Position numbers and translations under genes: made by a program
Part shown: positions 55,721 through 64,000 of the stretch, one piece after another
Layout of the letters: each line of letters opens with the position of its first letter
How positions within the stretch are numbered: the first letter of the stretch is position 1
From: Bacteroidaceae bacterium
GTDB lineage: Bacteria > Bacteroidota > Bacteroidia > Bacteroidales > Bacteroidaceae
Assembly (NCBI GenBank): GCA_024401225.1
Contig: JAKSLM010000006.1
Location: forward strand, 18,350 to 82,349
Direction of reading: 5' to 3'
Length of the DNA: 64,000 nucleotides
The notes under the pieces: generated by a model
What the model was told of the DNA's origin: nothing
The model's input: only the letters and a program-made list of their open reading frames with translations
Databases searched by the model: none

Positions 55721-58700
55721 TTAAATCAATCCGCGTCCGTGACAAGCCTTGTACTTCTTGCCGCTGCCGCATGGGCATGGATCATTGCGACCAATCTTAG
55801 GACCATTGTTGACGATTGGTGCTACTGGCTGTGGAGCACGGGTGTCCTGCTGACCTGCACGCGCCATTTCTGATGGTTCATCAAGGTTCTGCTTTGTCTC
55901 AACTGTACGCTGCTTTGGTGGCTCTGGCATTTCGGCAGGTGCTTCCTGAACCTCTTCTGGTTCCTGAACAGGAATTGAGCAACGCATGAGGACAGAGATT
56001 GTATTGTCGTTGATCTCGTTGACCATATTGTCGAAGAGAGTGACAGACTCAAGCTTGAAGATGAGGAGTGGATCCTTTTGCTCGTACGATGCGTTCTGAA
56101 CAGAGTGCTTGAGTTCGTCGAGCGAACGGAGGTTCTCTTTCCATGCATCATCGATGGTGTGGAGGAGAATAGCTTTCTCGAATGCTACGAGGATAGCCTT
56201 GCCTTCAGATTCGTATGCCTCCTTTAGAGGAATGCTTATCTGATACATGCGGCGTCCATCGGTGATAGGAATGAGAATGTTCTCATACATGTGACCACGT
56301 GTCTCATAGACATCCTTGATGACAGGGTAGGCAACGGCTGCAAGGCGTGCTGTGCGCTCCTTGAAGTTGGTCATAACCTTGTCATAGGTCTCGTCCTCAA
56401 GCTTGGTGTGCGATGTGTTCTCAAATTCCTTGGCTGAGAATGGAACTTCCATTGCAAAGGTGCGGAGGAAATCTTCCTGAATGCTTGCATAGTCGCGGTT
56501 GGCGAGGATGTGAAGCACGCGGTCCCAAATCATGTTGGAGATATCCATACCGATACGCTGTCCCATGAGAGCGTGGCGACGGCGCTCGTAGATGACCTTA
56601 CGCTGCTTGTTCATGACGTCATCGTACTCGAGAAGGCGCTTACGGATACCAAAGTTATTTTCCTCCACCTTCTTCTGGGCACGCTCGATGGACTTGTTGA
56701 TCCATGGGTGGTCGATCATATCACCATCCTCAAATCCGAGCTTGTCCATAATGCTTGAAATACGCTCAGAACCGAAGAGGCGCATGAGTTTGTCCTCAAG
56801 CGATACGTAGAATACAGAAGATCCTGGGTCACCCTGACGTCCGGCACGACCACGAAGCTGGCGGTCGACGCGGCGGCTCTCATGGCGCTCAGTACCGATG
56901 ATAGCAAGACCACCAGCATTCTTTACATCGTCAGAGAGCTTGATGTCGGTACCACGACCAGCCATGTTGGTAGCGATGGTAACGATTGACTTTTGACCTG
57001 CTTGAGCTACGATGTCAGCCTCTTTCTGATGGAGCTTTGCGTTGAGCACGTTGTGCTCGATATGGCGAAGCTGAAGCATCTTGCTGAGCATCTCGGAGAT
57101 CTCGACCGATGTAGTACCGACGAGTACTGGTCGTCCTGCTTGAACCATCTTCTCAATCTCTTCAATGACAGCCTTGTACTTCTCGCGGTTGGTCTTGTAA
57201 ACACGGTCGTTCATATCGTTACGAGCGATAGGACGGTTGGTTGGAATCTCAACAACATCGAGCTTATAGATGTCCCAGAACTCACCTGCCTCTGTGATGG
57301 CAGTACCGGTCATACCTGCAAGCTTGTGGTACATACGGAAGTAGTTCTGGAGTGTGATAGTGGCGAATGTCTGTGTAGCAGCTTCTACACGTACGCGCTC
57401 CTTTGCCTCAACTGCCTGATGCAAACCGTCTGACCAGCGGCGTCCCTCCATGATACGACCTGTCTGCTCGTCAACGATCTTTATCTCGCCATCCATGATG
57501 ACATAGTCGTCGTCCTTAACAAACATTGTATATGCCTTAAGAAGCTGCTGGATAGTGTGTACGCGTTCGCTCTTGAGTGCATAGTCCTGCATGAGGGCAT
57601 CCTTCTTTTCGAGGCGCTCCTCATCGGTGAGTTTCTCATTCTCAAGGAGAGAAAGCTGAGTAGTGATGTCTGGGAGTACGAAGAACTGGTCGTCGTTGAC
57701 GATGTTGGCAATGAGTTGGTTACCCTTGTCTGTCATCTCTACAGACTTCTGCTTTTCCTCAACTACGAAGAAGAGTGGTTCTGTAGCCTCAGGCATACGG
57801 CGATTGTTGTTCTCCATGTAGATTTCCTCTGTCTGGAGCAAACCAGTCTTGATACCTGGCTGTGAGAGATACTTGACGAGGGCATTGTTCTTAGGCATAC
57901 CCTTATATGCGCGGAAAAGTGAAAGGAATCCGGCGGTAACCTCATCTTTGTTGTCGCTTTCAATGAGTTTCTTTGCTTCGGTGAGGTAGTTTTGAGTGAG
58001 CTTACGCTGAGCCTCGACGAGCTGTTCAACGATAGGGCAGTACTGTTCGAACATCTGTACGTCACCCTTTGGTACAGGACCACTGATGATGAGTGGTGTA
58101 CGTGCATCATCGACAAGTACGGAGTCGACCTCATCGACGATGGCAAAATTATGCTGACGCTGTACGAGTTCCTCAGGCTTCATACACATGTTGTCGCGGA
58201 GGTAGTCGAAACCAAACTCATTATTTGTACCAAAGGTGATGTCGGCCTGGTAAGCACGACGACGAGCAGCGGTATTAGGCTGATGCTTGTCAATACAGTC
58301 GACTGAGAGACCATGGAACATGTAGAGAGGTCCCATCCACTCTGAGTCACGCTTTGCGAGGTAGTCGTTGACTGTTACGACGTGTACACCATTGCGTGTG
58401 AGGGCGTTGAGGAATACTGGGAGGGTAGCCACAAGTGTCTTACCTTCACCGGTAGCCATCTCGGCAATCTTACCCTGATGAAGAACGGTACCACCGAAGA
58501 GCTGAACATCGTAGTGGATCATGTTCCAAATGGTATCGTTGCCTCCTGCAATCCAATGGTTGTGCCAGATGGCCTTGTCGCCGTCTATCTCAACGAAGTC
58601 GCGACCCTGGCCAGCAAGTGTGCGGTCGAAATCGGTTGCAGATACTTCTACACCATTGTCGCCGCTCTCAGAGAATCGGCGTGCAGTATCTTTTACGATT

Positions 58701-59041
58701 GCGAAAACTGTAGGGAGAACTTCTGTGAGTCCCTCTTCAAACTTGTCAAGTACCTTCTCTTCGATCTTGTCTATCTCATCGAAGATTGGCTGACGCTTAT
58801 CAATATCTGTCTCTTCAATCTTTGCGTTAAGCTCTGCTATCTGAGCACGGAGGTCTTTTACGGATTCCTGAAGGTAATCCTTGATTTCATCTACCTTGGC
58901 ACGAAGTTCGTCGTTCGACAGATTCTTGAGCTCTGGGTAGATAGCAAGCACCTGGTTTACGATAGGCTGAATCTCTTTTCTATCGCGAGAAGCCTTGTTG
59001 CCAAAGATGCTTGATAGTAATGCGTTTAAATTAAATGCCAT
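55721..59041 (-). CDS. secA: preprotein translocase ATPase SecA
   Basis: It has a DEAD-like motor ([29 protein letters not shown]) and a C-terminal zinc finger ([14 protein letters not shown]). It is 1106 aa. Confidence 0.97.
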   Translation of the reverse strand: MAFNLNALLSSIFGNKASRDRKEIQPIVNQVLAIYPELKNLSNDELRAKVDEIKDYLQESVKDLRAQIAELNAKIEETDIDKRQPIFDEIDKIEEKVLDKFEEGLTEVLPTVFAIVKDTARRFSESGDNGVEVSATDFDRTLAGQGRDFVEIDGDKAIWHNHWIAGGNDTIWNMIHYDVQLFGGTVLHQGKIAEMATGEGKTLVATLPVFLNALTRNGVHVVTVNDYLAKRDSEWMGPLYMFHGLSVDCIDKHQPNTAARRRAYQADITFGTNNEFGFDYLRDNMCMKPEELVQRQHNFAIVDEVDSVLVDDARTPLIISGPVPKGDVQMFEQYCPIVEQLVEAQRKLTQNYLTEAKKLIESDNKDEVTAGFLSLFRAYKGMPKNNALVKYLSQPGIKTGLLQTEEIYMENNNRRMPEATEPLFFVVEEKQKSVEMTDKGNQLIANIVNDDQFFVLPDITTQLSLLENEKLTDEERLEKKDALMQDYALKSERVHTIQQLLKAYTMFVKDDDYVIMDGEIKIVDEQTGRIMEGRRWSDGLHQAVEAKERVRVEAATQTFATITLQNYFRMYHKLAGMTGTAITEAGEFWDIYKLDVVEIPTNRPIARNDMNDRVYKTNREKYKAVIEEIEKMVQAGRPVLVGTTSVEISEMLSKMLQLRHIEHNVLNAKLHQKEADIVAQAGQKSIVTIATNMAGRGTDIKLSDDVKNAGGLAIIGTERHESRRVDRQLRGRAGRQGDPGSSVFYVSLEDKLMRLFGSERISSIMDKLGFEDGDMIDHPWINKSIERAQKKVEENNFGIRKRLLEYDDVMNKQRKVIYERRRHALMGQRIGMDISNMIWDRVLHILANRDYASIQEDFLRTFAMEVPFSAKEFENTSHTKLEDETYDKVMTNFKERTARLAAVAYPVIKDVYETRGHMYENILIPITDGRRMYQISIPLKEAYESEGKAILVAFEKAILLHTIDDAWKENLRSLDELKHSVQNASYEQKDPLLIFKLESVTLFDNMVNEINDNTISVLMRCSIPVQEPEEVQEAPAEMPEPPKQRTVETKQNLDEPSEMARAGQQDTRAPQPVAPIVNNGPKIGRNDPCPCGSGKKYKACHGRGLI

Positions 59042-59140
59042 ATATTTATTTGTTTTTATTTTTCTTTATTATGAATGGATTTCTTTATTATGAACGGTCG
59101 TAATAACCTTGATTATTGTCCTTGTCTTATTTCTAAGCAT

Positions 59141-60697
59141 TTAGAACAACGGAGCGGTGCTGCATGCATTTGGTGCCCTTATGCGGATGTGATGTGCGAT
59201 GGTTGGCGCGATGCAATCGACGGTAACCGGTGTATGTATCTGTTTTGCTTCTAAATCAAATCCGTAGAAGATGAGTGGGAATTCGAAGAATGAGTCGCGT
59301 TGAAGTTGGCTTGTGCCGCGATCTTCATTGACGAGCGACCATCCTGGTGCTACTTGAATGGTGATGTCGCCTGAGCATGTAGGGTTGTAACCATTGCGGA
59401 TGTTGCTGATACCTGGCGTCCATGCTCCCTGAACCAATCGTTGCGATGTGAAAACGTCGCGAATGCCAGAGAATTGGAAAAGGAAGTCTTCGCAATGCTC
59501 TAAAACCTCCTTGAGCTTCAGTTGCTTCTGCTCTATAAATTTATGGTTGAGGTAGATCTGAGTGCCGTAATACGACTCTACATACTGACCTTGTCCATAC
59601 ATCGCTGTGAGGTACATGTTCAGCAGAGCTACGCAGCGGTTGATTTTGAAGTTACCTGAAGGTATGCGATACTTCGTAAGGTCGTCGGCAGGAGTGTCGT
59701 CATAACCAGTTGAAGTAACATATATAAGTGTCTTGTCAAGTCCAATGGCACGATCGATGGCTTTCAACAGCTTGGCAATCTCCTTATCGAGGCGTATGTA
59801 GGTGTCTTGAAGTTCGGTAGTGGTTTCGGACTGCGACTTGCCATCGTAATTGCCAGCATAGTAGTTGATGGCAATGAAGTCAGGAGTAATGTCGAGAGCT
59901 ATGTCCTCCGAACTGATGCAGTACATGGCAGCTGTGGTAACGTTCTCGTTGACCAAACCGCTGTTTTTGTACTGACGATAGGCTGCATCACCCTTGAATG
60001 TGTGACTGAACGATTTCTGCTCTGTGGCAAGGAAATAGTTATAGTCGAGAGTGTAGTCAGGTGCCCATGTGAGGCGAGGAATCTTCAAGGCATTATTGTT
60101 CTGATGCACATTGACCATCCATGATGGTTCCTTGCCATAGTAAGATGTACCTGCCCATTTACCTGTCTGGCTGTCAATCCATATTGCCCAATCGGCAGCA
60201 TGGCCAGCCGAGAGAACGGCTGTCTCACGATATGGAGCAATGGAGAATACCTTTGCCTTGCCATTGGTCGCAACCTTCAGTTCGTCGCCAAGGGTTGACA
60301 CGCGAAGGTTCTTAGGCGAAGAGCATTCCTTGGTGTTTACGCCTACAAATTTGTCGTCATCGACGCAGAAAATAGGCGTAAGAGATGTTCTGTCCATCCA
60401 TTTCTCACTAATGATGCCGTGGTTGTATGGCACGGTACCTGTGATGACTGTGGCAGCTGCCGATGCACGATCGATGCCTGTGAATGGATACTGGACGTTG
60501 GTGTAAACCTGTCCCTCATTGAGGAGTTTCTTAAAGCCCTCGTCGCTATAAAGAGGGGAGAAGGCTTGAAGATAGTCAGAACGCAACTTGTCGATTGTGA
60601 TGCCCACAACAAGTCGTGGCACAGATGGTCGTGTCTGTGCAAATGTTGCCGAGATGGCAGCGTATGCGAGGAGTGTGGTGAGAAGTTGCTTCTTCAT
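59141..60697 (-). CDS. secreted alkaline-phosphatase-superfamily protein (nucleotide pyrophosphatase/phosphodiesterase-like)
   Basis: It has a signal peptide, and an N-terminal VVGITIDKLRSDYL resembles the metal/nucleophile strand of the AlkP/NPP fold. The assignment is tentative. Confidence 0.5.
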   Translation of the reverse strand: MKKQLLTTLLAYAAISATFAQTRPSVPRLVVGITIDKLRSDYLQAFSPLYSDEGFKKLLNEGQVYTNVQYPFTGIDRASAAATVITGTVPYNHGIISEKWMDRTSLTPIFCVDDDKFVGVNTKECSSPKNLRVSTLGDELKVATNGKAKVFSIAPYRETAVLSAGHAADWAIWIDSQTGKWAGTSYYGKEPSWMVNVHQNNNALKIPRLTWAPDYTLDYNYFLATEQKSFSHTFKGDAAYRQYKNSGLVNENVTTAAMYCISSEDIALDITPDFIAINYYAGNYDGKSQSETTTELQDTYIRLDKEIAKLLKAIDRAIGLDKTLIYVTSTGYDDTPADDLTKYRIPSGNFKINRCVALLNMYLTAMYGQGQYVESYYGTQIYLNHKFIEQKQLKLKEVLEHCEDFLFQFSGIRDVFTSQRLVQGAWTPGISNIRNGYNPTCSGDITIQVAPGWSLVNEDRGTSQLQRDSFFEFPLIFYGFDLEAKQIHTPVTVDCIAPTIAHHIRIRAPNACSTAPLF

Positions 60698-60711
60698 CTA
60701 ATCAGGGAAGT

Positions 60712-61902
60712 TTATTTGCTATTTTTATTTGTTTTTAGAATTATGTGATATCTTGTCAGATTTCTAATGCACAAAGTAAATGCCATAATCCAAACCGAAA
60801 CGTTAATGTCTTGTTTTGCTATTAATACCACGATAACGAATATGCAAAGTACTGCCGTATTGACATTTATCAGTCTGTCTTTTTTGTTTTTGACATGACA
60901 ATAGATTATGTATATTGCATAAAGAATATATAGTGGATTGAATATGATTACTTGCCAGTTGGTACTTACTGCAGGATGAAGAGAGAAGAAGAAGAGATAG
61001 GCAATGATGATTCCTGCTATGCCTTGAAGAAGGTGGAGTAGGGCATCAAACCAATATGATATGATCTTTCTTCTAATATCGTAAATACTGAGTGCCGAAG
61101 CGATAATGCAGAGAAGTGAGAAAACTATGACAGGTGTGAAAGGTGTGTCACCAGCCTTGTTGGAGTCTTTCTCACCGAGGATAGGGTATTGACCGGCAAC
61201 CATTTTACGTACTAATCCATCGGTAGTGATGATTTCGGCATTGTTGAGGTCGTTCTCATAATGTGCAGGGATGAACTGCTGTACCTTGCGAGGTGCATGT
61301 TTATCTATTTCTGTGCCGAGCAAGAGGTCGACACCCAAGCGAAGCCAACTGTCGTTGTACAGACATTCATGAAGCTCGTTGCGAGCAGTAAGTGATGGAA
61401 GATCGTTGGTGTAACTGACCTTTCCGTTAATGGCTTTTTCAATCACGTCGCGTGCACGTGTGGTGCAGTTGTCATATAACCAGTTGTAGCGGTAACCGCG
61501 ATTTGTTGGCAGTATGTTCGTGAATAAAAGCTCTGCGAGTTTCTGACATTCGTCTTGAGTGAGGTTAAGCACTTGCTCTGTGACTCCCCTGCCTATGTAG
61601 TCGTAGCGTGCAAAGAAGTATTCGGCTTCTTCTGCATCGACCACATAGTCAGTTTCGCCCTTAATGAATTTCATAACGAAGTTGCTGACTGTAGAGTCGA
61701 AGCATCCATAGTTGAACACGATGTCTTCGCCGTTTGTGATATTTGTCAGGCGTATGGCTGTATGGCCAAAATGTGCATAGGCATGCTGGCCTGGCGTACA
61801 TGTGATGAGTGACACACGAAGGCTATCGCGCGTCGGTTCCTGTGCTGAAATTCCAAGAATATTGAGCATCAACAGGAATAATATCAGTATGAATCGTTTC
61901 AT
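60712..61902 (-). CDS. DUF4105-like (Lnb N-terminal) protein with a C-terminal multi-TM region
   Basis: It has a signal peptide (MKRFILILFLLMLNILGISAQ), the motif SLITCTPGQHAYAHFGHTAIRL...DIVFNYG typical of DUF4105, and 4-5 C-terminal TM helices. Confidence 0.65.
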   Translation of the reverse strand: MKRFILILFLLMLNILGISAQEPTRDSLRVSLITCTPGQHAYAHFGHTAIRLTNITNGEDIVFNYGCFDSTVSNFVMKFIKGETDYVVDAEEAEYFFARYDYIGRGVTEQVLNLTQDECQKLAELLFTNILPTNRGYRYNWLYDNCTTRARDVIEKAINGKVSYTNDLPSLTARNELHECLYNDSWLRLGVDLLLGTEIDKHAPRKVQQFIPAHYENDLNNAEIITTDGLVRKMVAGQYPILGEKDSNKAGDTPFTPVIVFSLLCIIASALSIYDIRRKIISYWFDALLHLLQGIAGIIIAYLFFFSLHPAVSTNWQVIIFNPLYILYAIYIIYCHVKNKKDRLINVNTAVLCIFVIVVLIAKQDINVSVWIMAFTLCIRNLTRYHIILKTNKNSK

Positions 61903-61921
61903 TAAATGCATAATATGGGTG

Positions 61922-61929
61922 CAAAGATA
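61922..61929 (-). promoter_or_regulatory. -7 box TATCTTTG upstream of the DUF4105 gene
   Basis: The plus strand reads caaagata, 20 nt upstream of the ATG at 61902. Confidence 0.4.
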
Positions 61930-61930
61930 C

Positions 61931-61961
61931 AAAAAAAAAGGCAACCGCCGAAGCAATTGCC
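61931..61961 (-). terminator. intrinsic terminator of the nqr operon
   Basis: The minus strand reads GGCAAUUGC-UUCG-GCGGUUGCC, a 9-bp stem with a UUCG tetraloop, followed by nine U residues. Confidence 0.8.
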
Positions 61962-62008
61962 TTTTTTATTTAGTATATTTAATAATAAATTATTAAAAAC
62001 GGGGAGTA

Positions 62009-63283
62009 TTATCCACCAAAGTTGTCGAATGCAATCATATCGTCTTCTACACCAAGAGAGTGGAGGAGGTCAAGTACGGTCTTAGCCATCATTGGAGGAC
62101 CACAGAGGTAGTACTCAACGTCTTCTGGGCTTTCATGCTGCTTGAGGTAAGTGTCGCCCATAACAGGAGCCACGAAACCTGGAGTATAAGCAATTCCTGC
62201 TTCGTCTGCCTTTGGATCTGGACGGTCGAGGGCAAGGTGGAAGTGGAAGTTGTCGAAATCCTTCTCGAGCTGGAGGAAGTCGTCGAGGAATGGAATCTCC
62301 TCGAGTGCACGAGCTCCGTAGAAGTAGTGCATTTCGCGGTCGCGGATGTTGAGAGTCTTGAGACAGTGCATAATCTGTGCACGGAGAGGAGCCATACCGG
62401 CACCACCACCGACCCAGATCATTTCACGGCCAGTACCATACTTAGGACGGAACTCTCCGTAAGGACCTGACATGATAACCTTGTCGCCTGGCTTGAGCGA
62501 GAAGATGTAAGAAGATGCGATACCTGGGTTGACATCCATGAAGCCAGGACCCTGATCCTTTGGCTTGAATGGAGGTGTAGCGATACGTACGTTAAGAGTG
62601 ATGATATCGCCCTCGTCTGGGTAGTTGGCCATAGAGTAAGCACGGATGGTAGGAGTGTCGTTGACACACTTGAGTCCGAAGAGACCGAACTTTTCCCATG
62701 CTGGGAGATAAGTATCGCCGACAAGGCTCTTGTCGATATCCTTGTCGTAATCCATCTGGAATGCAGGAATCTTGATCTGAGCGTACGAACCTGGTTCGAA
62801 GTCCATGTGCTCGCCTGGAGGGAGAGCAACCTTGTACTCCTTGATGAATGTAGCCACGTTCTTGTTGCCAATAACTGTACATTCCCATTCCTTTACACCC
62901 ATTACTGAATCTGGAACCTTAACCTGAAGGTCGCCCTTAACCTTTGCCTGACAGCCGAGGCGGTAGCCTTCCTTAATCTGCTTACGAGTGAAGTGACCCT
63001 TTTCTGAATCGAGGATTTCGCCACCGCCTTCAGTAATCTGACACTTACACTGTCCGCACGAACCCTTACCACCACATGCTGATGGGAGGTAAACGTCGTT
63101 GGCAGCGAGAGTAGCGAGGACGCTTGATCCCTGATCTACAGTAAGCTTGTCCTTACCATTGATAGTAATTGTAACCTGTCCGCTTGGAGAAAGGTATTTC
63201 TTAGCAACGAGGAGGATGACAACCAACACGAGGATGATTACCAAGAACACAGCGATGCTTAATCCGATAAATTTTATATCCAT
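62009..63283 (-). CDS. nqrF: Na+-translocating NADH:quinone oxidoreductase subunit F
   Basis: It has an N-terminal TM helix, a 2Fe-2S ferredoxin motif (CGGKGSCGQCKC) and an FAD/NADH-binding domain (RAYSMAN, GGGAGMAP). Confidence 0.95.
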   Translation of the reverse strand: MDIKFIGLSIAVFLVIILVLVVILLVAKKYLSPSGQVTITINGKDKLTVDQGSSVLATLAANDVYLPSACGGKGSCGQCKCQITEGGGEILDSEKGHFTRKQIKEGYRLGCQAKVKGDLQVKVPDSVMGVKEWECTVIGNKNVATFIKEYKVALPPGEHMDFEPGSYAQIKIPAFQMDYDKDIDKSLVGDTYLPAWEKFGLFGLKCVNDTPTIRAYSMANYPDEGDIITLNVRIATPPFKPKDQGPGFMDVNPGIASSYIFSLKPGDKVIMSGPYGEFRPKYGTGREMIWVGGGAGMAPLRAQIMHCLKTLNIRDREMHYFYGARALEEIPFLDDFLQLEKDFDNFHFHLALDRPDPKADEAGIAYTPGFVAPVMGDTYLKQHESPEDVEYYLCGPPMMAKTVLDLLHSLGVEDDMIAFDNFGG

Positions 63284-63301
63284 ATTGCAATATCCTTTCT
63301 T

Positions 63302-63928
63302 TTAGATTTTGAGACCAGAGAAACACATAAATGCCATAGCCATGAGACCTACTGTAATGAATGTGATTCCGAGGCCCTGAAGAGGCTTTGGAACGTCAGA
63401 GTAAGCCATCTTTTCACGGATTGCTGCGAGACCAACGATAGCGAGTGTCCAACCGATACCCGAACCGAGAGCGTATGCGATACAGTCGCTGACACCACCG
63501 ATGTACTGAGTAGAAGTAGGATCCATGTTGATACGCTGCTGCATAAAGAGAGATGCACCCATGATTGCACAGTTAACGGCGATGAGTGGGAGGAAGATAC
63601 CGAGTGCTGCATAGAGTGATGGAGAGAAGCGCTCTACTACCATCTCAACGAGCTGTACCATACCTGCGATAACTGCGATGAAGAGGATGAATGCGAGGAA
63701 TGTGAGGTCAACGCCTTCAGCGAGAGCGCCGTCGGCAAGAACCTTTGTCTGAAGGATATAATCCACTGGTACTGTGATAAGGAGCACGAATGTAACTGCG
63801 ATACCAAGTCCGAGCGAAGTCTTTACTGTCTTAGATACTGCGAGATAAGAGCACATACCCAAGAAGAAAGCGAAAATCATGTTGTCCACAAAGATTGAAC
63901 GGACAAAGAGGGAAATGAAATGTTCCAT
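63302..63928 (-). CDS. nqrE: Na+-translocating NADH:quinone oxidoreductase subunit E
   Basis: It is a 208-aa polytopic membrane protein of the NqrE/RnfA family ([20 protein letters not shown]) and lies directly upstream of nqrF. Confidence 0.95.
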   Translation of the reverse strand: MEHFISLFVRSIFVDNMIFAFFLGMCSYLAVSKTVKTSLGLGIAVTFVLLITVPVDYILQTKVLADGALAEGVDLTFLAFILFIAVIAGMVQLVEMVVERFSPSLYAALGIFLPLIAVNCAIMGASLFMQQRINMDPTSTQYIGGVSDCIAYALGSGIGWTLAIVGLAAIREKMAYSDVPKPLQGLGITFITVGLMAMAFMCFSGLKI

Positions 63929-63956
63929 ATTCTTTTTCTATTTTTACTTGGGTTAA

Positions 63957-64000
63957 TTACTTCTTTTCTTCGTTTACGATACGGTGTACCCAGATGAAGC
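63957..64000 (-). CDS. nqrD: C-terminal end of the preceding nqr subunit (probably NqrD), truncated by the window edge
   Basis: The minus-strand frame ends ...FIWVHRIVNEEKK*, 28 nt before the nqrE ATG. It is assigned only by the conserved nqrABCDEF order. Confidence 0.5.
   Translation of the reverse strand, partial: FIWVHRIVNEEKK

Noticed and set aside
59061-59098. 19-bp tandem duplication (tttctttattatgaaYgg x2) in the secA 5' region
   Set aside because: It is a short AT-rich duplication without further structure or coding consequence. It is probably a trivial slippage event.

Overview
The window looks like a Bacteroidota (Prevotellaceae-like) chromosome segment. Supporting signs are many TAnnTTTG-type -7 promoter boxes, a T9SS C-terminal sorting domain, and the local gene order. 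Most of it is core housekeeping: proS (5' part), ompA-like, mtgA, valS, prfA-purM, lpxD-lpxC-lpxA, miaA, PBP1A, a Pif1-like helicase, mlaD/amidase/nudC, grpE-dnaJ, a co-directional hisHAF-IE/ftsE/lysC/lysA block, tRNA-His, greA, a trpB-E-G-D-(trpS)-C-F-A operon, class 3 FBPase, secA and nqrDEF. The one clearly accessory stretch is about 2.3-8.9 kb, between mtgA and valS. It holds a four-helix-bundle gene, orphan small ORFs, a restriction-modification operon (a small REase abutting a two-domain fused methyltransferase), a decayed DUF3791/DUF3990 cassette, and about 900 bp of structured non-coding repeats. I could not name a new protein-based system. The most unusual signals are non-coding. (1) Two diverged, mirror-oriented 0.5-0.6 kb modules lie 31 kb apart (8205-8714 and 39667-40261); each combines four 22-bp-phased copies of the palindrome TCCTTGCAAGGA with an inverted hexamer array flanking a roughly 100-nt AT-rich core. 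(2) A GC-rich inverted-repeat pair spans the trpE stop codon and the first 24 codons of trpG. (3) An 85-95 bp repeat containing a hairpin brackets a DUF4886 gene and forms the greA leader. (4) A WRW leader peptide plus terminator sits upstream of trpB. (5) trpS lies inside the trp operon next to a 21-bp duplication. (6) lpxC lacks the FabZ fusion that I recall being usual in this phylum. All family assignments come from reading motifs by eye; no database search was possible.
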